Origin: a virus
Taxonomy: Duplodnaviria > Heunggongvirae > Uroviricota > Caudoviricetes
Reading direction: 5' to 3' (one strand)
Virus record (IMG/VR): IMGVR_UViG_2778261231_000006
Span: 1 to 36,223 of that record
DNA: 36,223 nucleotides
The position numbers were made by a program, and so were the translations under genes. Positions within the stretch are counted from its first letter, which is position 1. Each line of letters starts with the position of its first letter. Of the stretch, positions 1 to 8,883 are shown one piece after another. The notes beneath the pieces are model-generated. The model was not told where the DNA came from, did not search any database, and saw only the letters and a program-made list of their open reading frames with translations.

Positions 1-1362
1 ATGTTTAAACCGGAACTCCTTTCCCCGGCGGGAACGCTGAAAAATATGCGTTACGCTTTCGCTTATGGCGCAGATGCTGTTTATGCGGGCCAGCCGCGTT
101 ACTCCCTGCGTGTGCGCAACAACGAATTCAACCACGAAAATCTTCAGCTCGGCATCAATGAAGCCCACGCGCTGGGGAAAAAGTTTTATGTCGTGGTCAA
201 CATTGCACCGCACAACGCCAAGCTGAAAACCTTTATCCGTGACCTGAAACCGGTGGTGGAAACGGGGCCGGATGCGCTGATTATGTCCGATCCAGGGCTG
301 ATTATGCTGGTGCGTGAGCACTTCCCTGAAATGCCGATCCACCTCTCGGTGCAGGCTAACGCCGTAAACTGGGCGACGGTGAAATTCTGGCAGCAAATGG
401 GCCTGACCCGCGTGATCCTCTCTCGCGAGCTGTCGCTGGAAGAGATTGAAGAGATCCGCAATCAGGTGCCGGATATGGAGATCGAGATCTTCGTTCACGG
501 CGCACTGTGCATGGCCTACTCCGGTCGCTGCCTGCTCTCTGGCTATATCAACAAGCGCGATCCGAACCAGGGTACCTGCACCAACGCCTGCCGCTGGGAG
601 TACAACGTCCAGGAAGGGAAAGAAGATGACGTTGGCAACATCGTACACAAGTACGAGCCGATTCCGGTGCAAAATGTTGAGCCGACGCTGGGTATCGGCG
701 CGCCAACCGACAAAGTGTTTATGATCGAAGAAGCCCAGCGTCCGGGCGAGTATATGACCGCGTTTGAAGATGAGCACGGCACTTACATCATGAACTCGAA
801 AGATCTGCGCGCCATCGCCCATGTAGAACGCCTGACCAAAATGGGCGTGCATTCGCTGAAAATCGAAGGCCGTACTAAATCTTTCTACTATTGCGCACGC
901 ACCGCACAGGTTTACCGTAAAGCTATCGATGACGCCGCTGCGGGCAAACCGTTCGATACCAGCCTGCTGGAAACTCTGGAAGGTCTGGCGCATCGTGGCT
1001 ATACCGAAGGTTTCCTGCGTCGTCATACTCACGACGATTATCAGAACTACGAATACGGTTATTCAGTTTCTGACCGCCAGCAGTTTGTTGGTGAGTTTAC
1101 CGGTGAGCGCAAGGGGGACCTCGCGGCGGTAGCGGTGAAAAATAAATTCTCCGTTGGCGACAGCCTTGAGCTGATGACGCCGCAAGGCAACATTAACTTT
1201 ACCCTTGAGCACATGGAAAACGCCAAAGGTGAAGCGATGCCGGTCGCACCAGGCGATGGTTATACTGTGTGGCTCCCGGTCCCGCAGGATCTTGAGCTCA
1301 ATTACGCTCTGCTGATGCGTAATTTCTCCGGGGAAACCACGCGTAACCCACACGGTAAGTGA
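1..1362 (+). CDS. yegQ: Peptidase U32 family protein YegQ (TrhP-type), complete 453 aa, host gene
   Basis: ORF 1..1362 begins MFKPELLSPAGTLKNMRYAFAYGADAVYAGQPRYSLRVRNNEF, recognised as E. coli YegQ; length matches 453 aa. Confidence 0.88.
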   Translation: MFKPELLSPAGTLKNMRYAFAYGADAVYAGQPRYSLRVRNNEFNHENLQLGINEAHALGKKFYVVVNIAPHNAKLKTFIRDLKPVVETGPDALIMSDPGLIMLVREHFPEMPIHLSVQANAVNWATVKFWQQMGLTRVILSRELSLEEIEEIRNQVPDMEIEIFVHGALCMAYSGRCLLSGYINKRDPNQGTCTNACRWEYNVQEGKEDDVGNIVHKYEPIPVQNVEPTLGIGAPTDKVFMIEEAQRPGEYMTAFEDEHGTYIMNSKDLRAIAHVERLTKMGVHSLKIEGRTKSFYYCARTAQVYRKAIDDAAAGKPFDTSLLETLEGLAHRGYTEGFLRRHTHDDYQNYEYGYSVSDRQQFVGEFTGERKGDLAAVAVKNKFSVGDSLELMTPQGNINFTLEHMENAKGEAMPVAPGDGYTVWLPVPQDLELNYALLMRNFSGETTRNPHGK

Positions 1363-1394
1363 TTAATTTCGATTATTTTTCCCGTATGGAAAAT

Positions 1395-1439
1395 TCTTAG
1401 AAACCGATCACATACAGCTGCATTTATTAAGGTTATCAT
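1395..1439 (+). promoter_or_regulatory. Putative cyaR promoter: CRP-like half-site TCACA (1408..1412) and -10 TATCAT (1434..1439) 7 nt before the sRNA start
   Basis: Hexamer spacing relative to the cyaR 5' end at 1447; cyaR is known to be CRP-activated; left half-site is weak (TTAGA). Confidence 0.4.
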
Positions 1440-1446
1440 CCGTTTC

Positions 1447-1533
1447 GCTGAAAAACATAACCCATAAAATGCTAGCTGTACCAGGAACCACCTCCTTAGC
1501 CTGTGTAATCTCCCTTACACGGGCTTATTTTTT
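1447..1533 (+). ncRNA. cyaR: CyaR (RyeE) Hfq-dependent sRNA, about 87 nt, with intrinsic terminator; 3' end overlaps the prophage att core
   Basis: Sequence GCTGAAAAACATAACCCATAAAATGCTAGCTGTACCAGGAACCACCTCCTTAGCCTGTGTAATCTCCCTTACACGGGCTTATTTTTT matches remembered E. coli CyaR; terminal hairpin plus U-tract. Confidence 0.85.
1507..1533. repeat. ogr-proximal att core, 27-bp direct repeat AATCTCCCTTACACGGGCTTATTTTTT (prophage/host junction)
   Basis: Exact 27-bp copy also at 35720..35746; reverse complement equals remembered P2 attP core AAAAAATAAGCCCGTGTAAGGGAGATT. Confidence 0.85.
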
Positions 1534-1574
1534 ACGCGTAATACAATGAAATAAAAGGATTTATTTCTGGTCAC

Positions 1575-1592
1575 GTCCACACATTGACCACA
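1575..1592. promoter_or_regulatory. Candidate integrase arm-type binding sites in the ogr-proximal phage arm (GTCCACA and GACCACA, about 11 bp apart)
   Basis: Two direct repeats whose reverse complement reads TGTGGAC/TGTGGTC; same motif is repeated inside the int 3' end (35611..35631). Confidence 0.4.
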
Positions 1593-1595
1593 TCG

Positions 1596-1621
1596 ACAAA
1601 AAAGCCCCTCGACTGAGGGGC
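1596..1621 (-). terminator. Intrinsic terminator downstream of ogr (hairpin GCCCCTC-GACT-GAGGGGC then T6 on the minus strand)
   Basis: Perfect 7-bp GC stem at 1604..1621 followed on the minus strand by TTTTTTG; lies 14 nt past the ogr stop. Confidence 0.6.
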
Positions 1622-1634
1622 TTCCTGTTTGTAA

Positions 1635-1853
1635 TTACATCCACATAATTTGCTGCCCTGACGGCAACGGGTGCGGCCTCACGGCGTGGACTTCTCCCGG
1701 CTTCACGATGTATCGCTGTACCGACTCATAAGTGATGAACGTGGCGCTGCAATTCACGTTCTGACACTGGTGATAACGCTCTTTTGTCGTGTCAGTGATA
1801 TAGCGGCTTGTACGCGCATGTGCGGCATGCTGGCATAAAGGACAATGAAACAT
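1635..1853 (-). CDS. ogr: Ogr late-gene transcription activator (zinc finger), 72 aa
   Basis: MFHCPLCQHAAHARTSRYITDTTKERYHQCQNVNCSATF; start taken at the internal ATG (1853) of the 93-aa track ORF to match P2 Ogr length. Confidence 0.93.
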   Translation of the reverse strand: MFHCPLCQHAAHARTSRYITDTTKERYHQCQNVNCSATFITYESVQRYIVKPGEVHAVRPHPLPSGQQIMWM

Positions 1854-1934
1854 CGCGAGCACCTCTTCCGGTTTTGTTGATGGTGCCATTTTAGTTAATT
1901 TATCATTATAAAACAAACAGATAAAATAAAAACA

Positions 1935-3098
1935 TTACTCGTCATCTTCTGTTTCGTACTCCACATCAGAAAGCATGACCTCAAGCTCTAAGGACGTCGT
2001 GAAGCCGCTATTATTCAGAAAATGTGTCACCTTAGTGATTGTCCAGTCCTGCTCGTCTATGACGCGCTTAAAGCCTGACACTTTAACCGGTGTTTCCGTG
2101 TAAATATCAGCACGACCAGTGGCAAGGCTGATGGAGAACTCCGCAACGCCCCGTTGCAGTTTATCCCACTTCGCCTGAGCGGCGCGCATGGCCTGTGCTT
2201 TCGTGGCATATACCGTAGTCAGGGCAAAAACGTTGTCAGCTTCACCGGCCATGTATTCACCTTCGCGCGCTTCCGGTACTTTTGGCGCTTTCTTCTGCGT
2301 GACCGGTTTCGCTTTCGGGTGCTCCAGTGCGCGCAGGTGTTTTTCTTTCTTTTTGCGTTTCAGTTTTACCTTCTGCTTTTGCGGCTTCGGGTCTTTGGTG
2401 TGTAACCACTTTGCCGTTACGCCGGTGTAAGCTCCACGGTCAGCAATCGCAAAATGATGACGGTCGCCGTCGCTGCGGGTGATGGTAATCTGCGGGATTT
2501 TTTTACCGCTGGCCGTCACCCCCTGCCCCGCCTTAAGAAACAACAGTTTTCCCATTTTTACCGACACCTCACCGCCGTTGCGTTCAGCAAGACGGGTCAG
2601 GAATTTCGCATCAGACTCCTGCGACTGGTCGATGTGCGGGATTTTAATTCCGGCCAGTGACGGAGCGACACTGGCCTCCAGCTTGTTACGGGAGGCTATC
2701 ACCTCAACAATCGCACCGAGTGTGGTGTCATGCCAGGAGCCTTCCCGGCGGGAATTGAGCGTCCCGCGAAAATCTGCACTCCGGGCGCGGATGGTGACCA
2801 CATCCGGCGCGCCCCTGTGTTCAACCTCATCAACGGTAAATTTCCCTTTGCATACCAGGGCAAAACCTTTCCAGCCGATATACACCGTCAGGACAGCGCC
2901 ACGAATCGGTAGCCCGACCTGCCCGTCGGCATCGTTCAGTTCAATATCAAGCTGGTCAGCCTCAAAGCCCCGGTTATCGGTCAGGGTCATGCTCATCAGA
3001 CGGTCGCTGATATTGCCGGTAATATCCCTGCTGTCGAGCATCAGCATGTAATCCGGCGTCAGCGTACTGCCTGCATCAAATGTCAGCGCATCCAGCAT
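1935..3098 (-). CDS. D: Tail protein gpD
   Basis: 387 aa, MLDALTFDAGSTLTPDYMLMLDSRDITGNISDRLMSMTL, recognised as P2 gpD; position after U. Confidence 0.93.
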   Translation of the reverse strand: MLDALTFDAGSTLTPDYMLMLDSRDITGNISDRLMSMTLTDNRGFEADQLDIELNDADGQVGLPIRGAVLTVYIGWKGFALVCKGKFTVDEVEHRGAPDVVTIRARSADFRGTLNSRREGSWHDTTLGAIVEVIASRNKLEASVAPSLAGIKIPHIDQSQESDAKFLTRLAERNGGEVSVKMGKLLFLKAGQGVTASGKKIPQITITRSDGDRHHFAIADRGAYTGVTAKWLHTKDPKPQKQKVKLKRKKKEKHLRALEHPKAKPVTQKKAPKVPEAREGEYMAGEADNVFALTTVYATKAQAMRAAQAKWDKLQRGVAEFSISLATGRADIYTETPVKVSGFKRVIDEQDWTITKVTHFLNNSGFTTSLELEVMLSDVEYETEDDE

Positions 3099-3577
3099 TA
3101 TCCCGCCCCCGTCATACCCGTGAATCTGGTCGCCATACTGCCAGCCTTACCGATGAGCGATTCCGCCTGTTTACCGATATCGCCATAAAGCGCGGCCAGT
3201 GATTCATCAACGCGGGTGAGCGACAGCGTAAAATCAATTTTCCGGGGTGTGCCGTCTGCAAAGAAAATACTCCCTGTTTCACTCACCCTGCTGATGACAT
3301 ACATGCCGTAAATCATGCCGGTGCCATCCAGCAACGGCCACGCCCGGCCTTCCTCAGCCATCATCCTGAGCGTGGTCATCGTCAGCTTGCCGCCGGTCAG
3401 TTCGGGATAAAGCACACCGGCAAGCGTCATGTTTTCCTCGCCAACACCGAGAAACTGGTAGGCATCCCGTTTACCGATACGGGAATTTGACGGCCAGCGA
3501 TAATCTGATTCACGCTGCATGGTCTGGTGTGGCAGCGTCTGGCGCATAAAAACAAACATACCTAACGCGAGCATCAT
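3098..3577 (-). CDS. U: Tail protein gpU
   Basis: 159 aa, MMLALGMFVFMRQTLPHQTMQRESDYRWPSNSRIGKRDA matches remembered P2 gpU. Confidence 0.93.
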   Translation of the reverse strand: MMLALGMFVFMRQTLPHQTMQRESDYRWPSNSRIGKRDAYQFLGVGEENMTLAGVLYPELTGGKLTMTTLRMMAEEGRAWPLLDGTGMIYGMYVISRVSETGSIFFADGTPRKIDFTLSLTRVDESLAALYGDIGKQAESLIGKAGSMATRFTGMTGAG

Positions 3578-3591
3578 TTTTCGTCACCTCC

Positions 3592-6039
3592 TTAACCGTC
3601 ATGCATCATGCTGGCACGGGCGCGCACACGTTTATCCCGCTCGTATTTTTCGAGCGCATCCTGTAACTGGCGGTCAAGCTGTGTCCCCGGCGCAGTACCA
3701 CCCGTCAGGCTGATGTGATATTCGTTTTTACTCTGGTCCACATAAGAGCGGCCAGCCGGTGCCGTGACCGGCTGATAAGCCTGATAGCCTGCATAAGAGC
3801 TGGTCGCCGGAATATAACCACCGCTGCCATACGTGGCGGCTTGAGTTCTGGCGGCGGTCTGGTCAAGTGTGTCTGACTCTTTGTTGATAACACCGAGTTT
3901 TTCCAGTACCCAGTCAATACCGCTGCGCAGTTTGTTGAACGCATTAAGCGGCAGCATCAGCGCGTCAGCCAGTGCCTGCCCGAACATGACCCCCGTGTCA
4001 CGGCAACTGTTCAGGGTGTCCTGAGTGGCTTTGACCGGAGCAATCAGGTTTTTAAACCACTGCCACGCGGCCTGTAACTTTTCACCCAGCCAGTCAAACA
4101 CCGGCTTAAGTGGCGTGAACAGTTCCCCCACCGGCGCAAATGCCACTTTCAGCCCTTCAACCACACCGCCAAAGAATGCGCTGACAGGCTCCCAGTATTT
4201 ACGGATAAGCAACGCCCCGGTGACAATTGCGGCCACCACGGCCACAACCGGCCAGCTAATAGCCCCGATGGCGGTCATAACAGCACTGCCAACCGTCGTG
4301 AAGACTGCCCCCATTGCGCCTGCTGCCGCGATGATGGCATTGATGCCGGTGATAACCGGCCAGGCTACGAGGCCAATGGCACCGATGATGCCAGTCAGCG
4401 CCAGCGCGCCACCGGCAATGATGCCGATGGTTGACGCCAGTGATTTGTTTTTCTGGATCCAGCCGTCGAGTTTTAACACATACTTTGTGGCCGTCTGCGT
4501 GAGCTTACGCAGCGCGCCTTCCTGCTGGTCAAACAGGTCAGTCCCCACTGCCTCATAAGCGGACTGAAACTCTTTAAAGTCACCGCCTAGGTTGTCCTGC
4601 ATGATATTTACCAGCTTGGCGGTCTTCCCGTCTGAGGCTTTAAACGCAGCGGTCAGTTTGTCCAGCTTTCCGGTTGAGGCGGCAGTCATCAGCACGGCGG
4701 CGGCTGAGCTGGCCTCCTCCCCGAAAATAGTTTTCATGTATTCAGCCTGCTGGGCAGTACCGAGCCGGTTTTTCTCAAAACTGGCCTGCATTTCTTTCAG
4801 AATGGTAAATATTGGCCGGGTGTTTCCCTTGCTGTCTGAGGTTTTCACTCCAAGCTCTTTGAGTGCATCCCATGCTTTTCCCGTCGGTGCCTGCAGGCGG
4901 CTTAACACGGCACGGCTTCCCGTCCCCGCCATTGAGCCTGTGATTTTTGCATCATGCAGCGCCCCGACCATTGCGGCGGTTTCTTCAATGCTGACACCGG
5001 CATTTTTTGCCACAGGTGCGGCATAGGTCAGCGCATCGCTCATGCCGTCAAAATCGGCGGCGGTTTTGTTCATCGTCATGGAGAGAACATCCCCGATATG
5101 AGCGACCTTATCGTTTGAAAGCTGAAAGGCGGATTTCATCCCCATCAGCAGGGCGGCGTTTTCTTCCATCGTGCGGCGGTTCGCCAGCGCCATATTCAGC
5201 GTGACCGGCGTTGCCGCCTGAATGGCATCAACATCCCCACCCGCTTTCGCGATGATTATCTGTGCACCGGCCGCATCATCCGCCGAGGCGGCGGTATTGT
5301 CGCCGAGCTGGCGCGCCTGTTTGCGTAGTGCGGTCATTTCGGCGGAGTCTTTTGCCACTCCGAGCACGGCCTGCAATTCTGAGTTTTTCTGCGCAAACTC
5401 ATAACCGGGCATCAGCAACTTAACTCCGGCCATCGTTCCCGCCGCCGCAATCCCCACACCGGCAGCGCCTACTGAGGCCATATTTCCGGCCAGTTCCTTT
5501 CCGGCCTGATAACGCTGTTTGACTGCGTTAAGTTTTGCCTGTTGCGCACTGACACGCGCCAGCGCGTCGCGCTGACGGTTAAGCTGTGCGGTGGTTTCAC
5601 TGATACGTTTTTTCAGTCCCTGCTCATCATGTGCAAGATTGCGGGTATTAATTCCCACAGCGGCCAGTTCCCGCTGCTGGCGTTTAACGGAATCCGTCAG
5701 GCGGTTATATTTCGCCTGTAAGTCCTCCGCCGCTCGCTTTGCGGATTCCAGCACTTTCGCCTGAGCACGGGTCGGACGTTCGGTGTTTTTAAACTGTGTG
5801 GCAAGGGCTTCGGCTTCCTGCCGTGCCTTTTCAAGTGCATGACCAGTCACGGCGAGCTGCGCACTGGTCTTGCGAAATCCCTCAATACGGGATGCGTGAC
5901 CGTTCAGCTCGCGCAGTGATTTTTGTGTTTCCCGGATATCCCCCGACAGCGACTTGCTCGCTGTGCGGATGGATTTAAACGGGCGGGATGCCTGGTCAAC
6001 AGCCCTGAGCAATACCTGTAATTTTACATTGTTACTCAT
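3592..6039 (-). CDS. T: Tail tape-measure protein gpT
   Basis: 815 aa, coiled-coil N-terminal half, Ala/Gly-rich hydrophobic core, position between E' and U. Confidence 0.93.
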   Translation of the reverse strand: MSNNVKLQVLLRAVDQASRPFKSIRTASKSLSGDIRETQKSLRELNGHASRIEGFRKTSAQLAVTGHALEKARQEAEALATQFKNTERPTRAQAKVLESAKRAAEDLQAKYNRLTDSVKRQQRELAAVGINTRNLAHDEQGLKKRISETTAQLNRQRDALARVSAQQAKLNAVKQRYQAGKELAGNMASVGAAGVGIAAAGTMAGVKLLMPGYEFAQKNSELQAVLGVAKDSAEMTALRKQARQLGDNTAASADDAAGAQIIIAKAGGDVDAIQAATPVTLNMALANRRTMEENAALLMGMKSAFQLSNDKVAHIGDVLSMTMNKTAADFDGMSDALTYAAPVAKNAGVSIEETAAMVGALHDAKITGSMAGTGSRAVLSRLQAPTGKAWDALKELGVKTSDSKGNTRPIFTILKEMQASFEKNRLGTAQQAEYMKTIFGEEASSAAAVLMTAASTGKLDKLTAAFKASDGKTAKLVNIMQDNLGGDFKEFQSAYEAVGTDLFDQQEGALRKLTQTATKYVLKLDGWIQKNKSLASTIGIIAGGALALTGIIGAIGLVAWPVITGINAIIAAAGAMGAVFTTVGSAVMTAIGAISWPVVAVVAAIVTGALLIRKYWEPVSAFFGGVVEGLKVAFAPVGELFTPLKPVFDWLGEKLQAAWQWFKNLIAPVKATQDTLNSCRDTGVMFGQALADALMLPLNAFNKLRSGIDWVLEKLGVINKESDTLDQTAARTQAATYGSGGYIPATSSYAGYQAYQPVTAPAGRSYVDQSKNEYHISLTGGTAPGTQLDRQLQDALEKYERDKRVRARASMMHDG

Positions 6040-6459
6040 TCGTGTTTCCGCTTCGCCGGAGCGCCTTTTCGCGCCATGTGATGAGTTCGGTCAGGCTCAT
6101 GGGATACAGTTCTGATGGCGGCCAGTGAAATATCACTGCCACATCCGCCATCAGGTCATCGACCGAGAGATTTTTCGGAAACGTCACTGCACCGAGTTCG
6201 GCGACAAAAAACCGACCACCTTACCGGCCAGCGCCACAAGGTCAGGCAGTTCCAGCGCGGCGACTTCCTGCTCGGTCAGCATCGGTGCCGTCATGCGCGG
6301 CAGCACTTTAATCAGTGCATCGACTTCGGAGTTCGCGACTGCAGCCAGACTGACACCGCGCAGCGTCCCGGCATTGGGTTTCATCAGCGTGACCTGTTCG
6401 ATAACCTGCTCACCACGTTTGACCGGATTGTCCAGGGTAATGACGTTTTCTTTGTTCAT
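6032..6459 (-). CDS. E+E': Tail assembly chaperone E+E' made by programmed -1 frameshift (about 142 aa)
   Basis: After the slippery heptamer the -1 frame stays open to a TAA at 6032..6034, overlapping the T start; total length matches P2 E+E'. Confidence 0.75.
6184..6459 (-). CDS. E: Tail assembly chaperone gpE (91 aa)
   Basis: MNKENVITLDNPVKRGEQVIEQVTLMKPNAGTLRGVSLAAV, recognised as P2 gpE. Confidence 0.9.
   Translation of the reverse strand: MNKENVITLDNPVKRGEQVIEQVTLMKPNAGTLRGVSLAAVANSEVDALIKVLPRMTAPMLTEQEVAALELPDLVALAGKVVGFLSPNSVQ
6205..6211 (-). other. Slippery heptamer TTTTTTG for the E/E+E' -1 ribosomal frameshift
   Basis: Plus strand CAAAAAA at 6205..6211, i.e. TTTTTTG on the coding strand, near the 3' end of E. 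Confidence 0.75.
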
Positions 6460-6515
6460 GGTTTTCTCACTTCTGAATCGGGGTTAACCGGTCAGCCAGG
6501 CTGACCGGATGAAAA

Positions 6516-7034
6516 TCACAGGCCGATATTGCGGCGGTGTTGCTCCAGCCGGTCGACGCCGTTCACCTTCTCAATCATGTTGATGGTGTCGATTTCGACC
6601 AGCTCCTTACCGTCCATCGTCAGCCGGAAATAGGTGCAGACCACGGAGATTTTCGACTCGGTGTCTTCTCCCTGTTTGCCCTCGCCGGTGTCGATTTCTT
6701 TCTGACGTCCACGCATGACCACTTCGACGGCCACCGTTTCGCCGGTATCGTCGCGCTGGTAAGAGCCTGCAAAACGAATCGGCACGGCATCCACACCGGT
6801 TGCGGCGTAAAGCTCCCAGATAACCGAATCCGGGAAGCCACCGAGCGACCACTCCATTGACAGCGCATCGTCATCAAGGCCGAGGTCTACCGGTGCGCTG
6901 CCGTTCATCCCCGCACCGCGATAGTTTTCGAGCTTACGGGTCAGTTTTGGCAGCGTGACGGACTTTGCAACGCCCTGATAGCTGTAGCCGTTCAGAAAGA
7001 CGTTCATTAACTTGAGTTTGCGCGGCATTGCCAT
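6516..7034 (-). CDS. FII: Tail tube protein gpFII
   Basis: 172 aa, MAMPRKLKLMNVFLNGYSYQGVAKSVTLPKLTRKLENYRGAGMNG. Confidence 0.93.
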   Translation of the reverse strand: MAMPRKLKLMNVFLNGYSYQGVAKSVTLPKLTRKLENYRGAGMNGSAPVDLGLDDDALSMEWSLGGFPDSVIWELYAATGVDAVPIRFAGSYQRDDTGETVAVEVVMRGRQKEIDTGEGKQGEDTESKISVVCTYFRLTMDGKELVEIDTINMIEKVNGVDRLEQHRRNIGL

Positions 7035-7046
7035 CGGTCAGGCTCC

Positions 7047-8237
7047 TTAATTGCTGTTAACCGAGGTGACCAGATTTGCCAGGTATTTATCGGTAATACG
7101 CTGGCGCAGGGTCAGGTTTTCAAGAGGAGGCACCGGTGTATAGTCGTAGTCGATATACAGTTTTCCTGCCTTGAGGGTTTCCGCATCGTTGGATTCTTCG
7201 CTGAACCAGCAGGTCGCATCCACGATATAGCCGTTTGTTTTCAGCTCACGGAATTTGGCATTAATGCCGTCAACGATGTCGCGAATCAGCGTTGCGGTGA
7301 TGGGCTTATCCACCGCCCACATGTGCGCCTCAGCCATCGTGTCGGCCAGCACCTGCGCAGTGCGGGTGTAGTTTTCAAAGAGGAACAGCGGGTCATCAGA
7401 GCAGGTACGGTTACCCCAGAAGCGGAAACCGTCGCGGCGAATCAGCGTTGTGACGCCTGACTCGTTAAGCAGGTCAGCATCGGTGCCGGACTCCTGCAAA
7501 TCCCAGAATACAGATGCGCTGATGCCGGTAACACCGTTTACCCCGACGTTGGACAGCGTTTTATGCCAGCCCTGCTCCTGGTCGATTTTAGCGCGCAGAC
7601 CCAGCGCACGGGCGGTGGCATACGCGGTGGCGGTGGTACTGGTGACCGTATCCCATGCGAGGAAATCCGGCCAGATGACCATCAGCTCACGCTGGCTGAA
7701 ATTCTGGCGGTAGGCTTTCACCTCGGAAATGGTCTTACAGCCCCATGCGCTGATATATCCGAAAGCGCGCAGCTTCTGACAGACTGATGCCAGTGCAACA
7801 GCCACCTCTTTGGTATCCAGCCCCGGCACACCAAGAATACGCGGTTTAACACCGGTTACCGACTCCGCCGCCAGCAGGGCTTTCAGTCCGGTGTACTGAC
7901 CGTTTTCGTCAGTGGTGCCGATAATATTGGAAACGGTCTGCGCGAGTTTCGTTTCCTCGTCATCACCGGTGCCGTCTTCCACGCGCACGACAACGGTGAC
8001 CGGTTTTGACTGGTCAGCGATGGCCTGCAACGATGCCGCCAGCGTGCCTTTTTTACCGGCCTTTGCAATTGCGCTCTGCACATTGGTAATCAACACCGGT
8101 TTATTGAGGGGGAAGGTTTCCGCATCTGCATCGCTGGCCGTGCAGACCATGCCGACAATGGCAGTGGATACGGTGGAAATGACGCGGGTGCCGTCGTTAA
8201 TCTCCAGCACCTGCACGCCGTGATGATAGTCACTCAT
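7047..8237 (-). CDS. FI: Contractile tail sheath protein gpFI
   Basis: 396 aa, MSDYHHGVQVLEINDGTRVISTVSTAIVGMVCTASDADAETFPLNKPVLI. Confidence 0.93.
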   Translation of the reverse strand: MSDYHHGVQVLEINDGTRVISTVSTAIVGMVCTASDADAETFPLNKPVLITNVQSAIAKAGKKGTLAASLQAIADQSKPVTVVVRVEDGTGDDEETKLAQTVSNIIGTTDENGQYTGLKALLAAESVTGVKPRILGVPGLDTKEVAVALASVCQKLRAFGYISAWGCKTISEVKAYRQNFSQRELMVIWPDFLAWDTVTSTTATAYATARALGLRAKIDQEQGWHKTLSNVGVNGVTGISASVFWDLQESGTDADLLNESGVTTLIRRDGFRFWGNRTCSDDPLFLFENYTRTAQVLADTMAEAHMWAVDKPITATLIRDIVDGINAKFRELKTNGYIVDATCWFSEESNDAETLKAGKLYIDYDYTPVPPLENLTLRQRITDKYLANLVTSVNSN

Positions 8238-8341
8238 CCGTTTAACTCCGTGGTTAATGGGTGCAACTATTTTCCGTTGGGCAGAGCATGAGACGCTATT
8301 TGACCTGTCTGGTCAGTGGATGAAACAACAGATACAGAAAA

Positions 8342-8360
8342 GGCGGGCAATTCGCCCGCC
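8342..8360 (-). terminator. GC-rich hairpin (GGCGGGC-loop-GCCCGCC) with weak U-tract upstream of FI; candidate terminator isolating the cargo island from the FI operon
   Basis: Perfect 7-bp stem; on the minus strand followed by TTTTCTGTATC; U-tract is weak. Confidence 0.35.
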
Positions 8361-8742
8361 TGTCCTAGTTTGTACTCACTCATTTTCCGACTGACAATTT
8401 ACATAGCCAAAACGCTATCAAATCTGACAGTCTGCTTTGAGCGAGGAGCGGAAGTTCGCAATTTTGATCACCGCACAAGGCGCATTACTAGTATTACTAT
8501 GTTTTGTTAAAAGGAAATTTTTCTATGCCTAAACACGAAAGTTACAATGGCATTTTTATTTCAAATAACGGTCAATTCTCCGGATTTCTTAAAGTTTCGG
8601 CTCCCCAGTGCCCCGGGGCGTCAGCCCAATTGCGCTAACCGGCAGAGGCGGCATTTCGGGCCTGGCGGCTTGGCCTTTGTAAGAAAAAAACGACCTAAAT
8701 CAAATTTTTGCAGTTAAATACTGCGCGAGTCAATAATTAATA

Positions 8743-8771
8743 TTGTTTTAGATAATTACTTTTAATATATT
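8743..8771 (+). promoter_or_regulatory. Candidate sigma70 promoter for the 604-aa cargo gene (-35 TTGTTT 8743..8748, 17-bp spacer, -10 TATATT 8766..8771)
   Basis: Hexamers and spacing read by eye; the AT-rich context makes chance matches likely. Confidence 0.25.
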
Positions 8772-8883
8772 ACGTGTTAATGTAATCTTCTGAATCTAAA
8801 CTATTCCATTTCCCATTTGATTTTCTCTGAAGTGCTGTCTAGTTGTTCTTGAATAATCAAATGTTAATTATAAGGACATCAAA

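Noticed and set aside
1447-1533. tRNA gene as the integration target
   Set aside because: The target is the sRNA cyaR, not a tRNA; no cloverleaf-compatible sequence seen at either junction.
2154-5404. Numerous ORFs of 60-190 aa on the strand opposite D, U and T (for example 2479..3051 +, 4025..4558 +, 4592..5026 +)
   Set aside because: They lie entirely inside well-supported tail genes in GC-rich DNA, where long spurious antisense ORFs are expected; no RBS or independent signal.
8316-8510. 64-aa ORF in the FI-upstream intergenic region
   Set aside because: No convincing start or RBS context and no homology; likely non-coding regulatory DNA.
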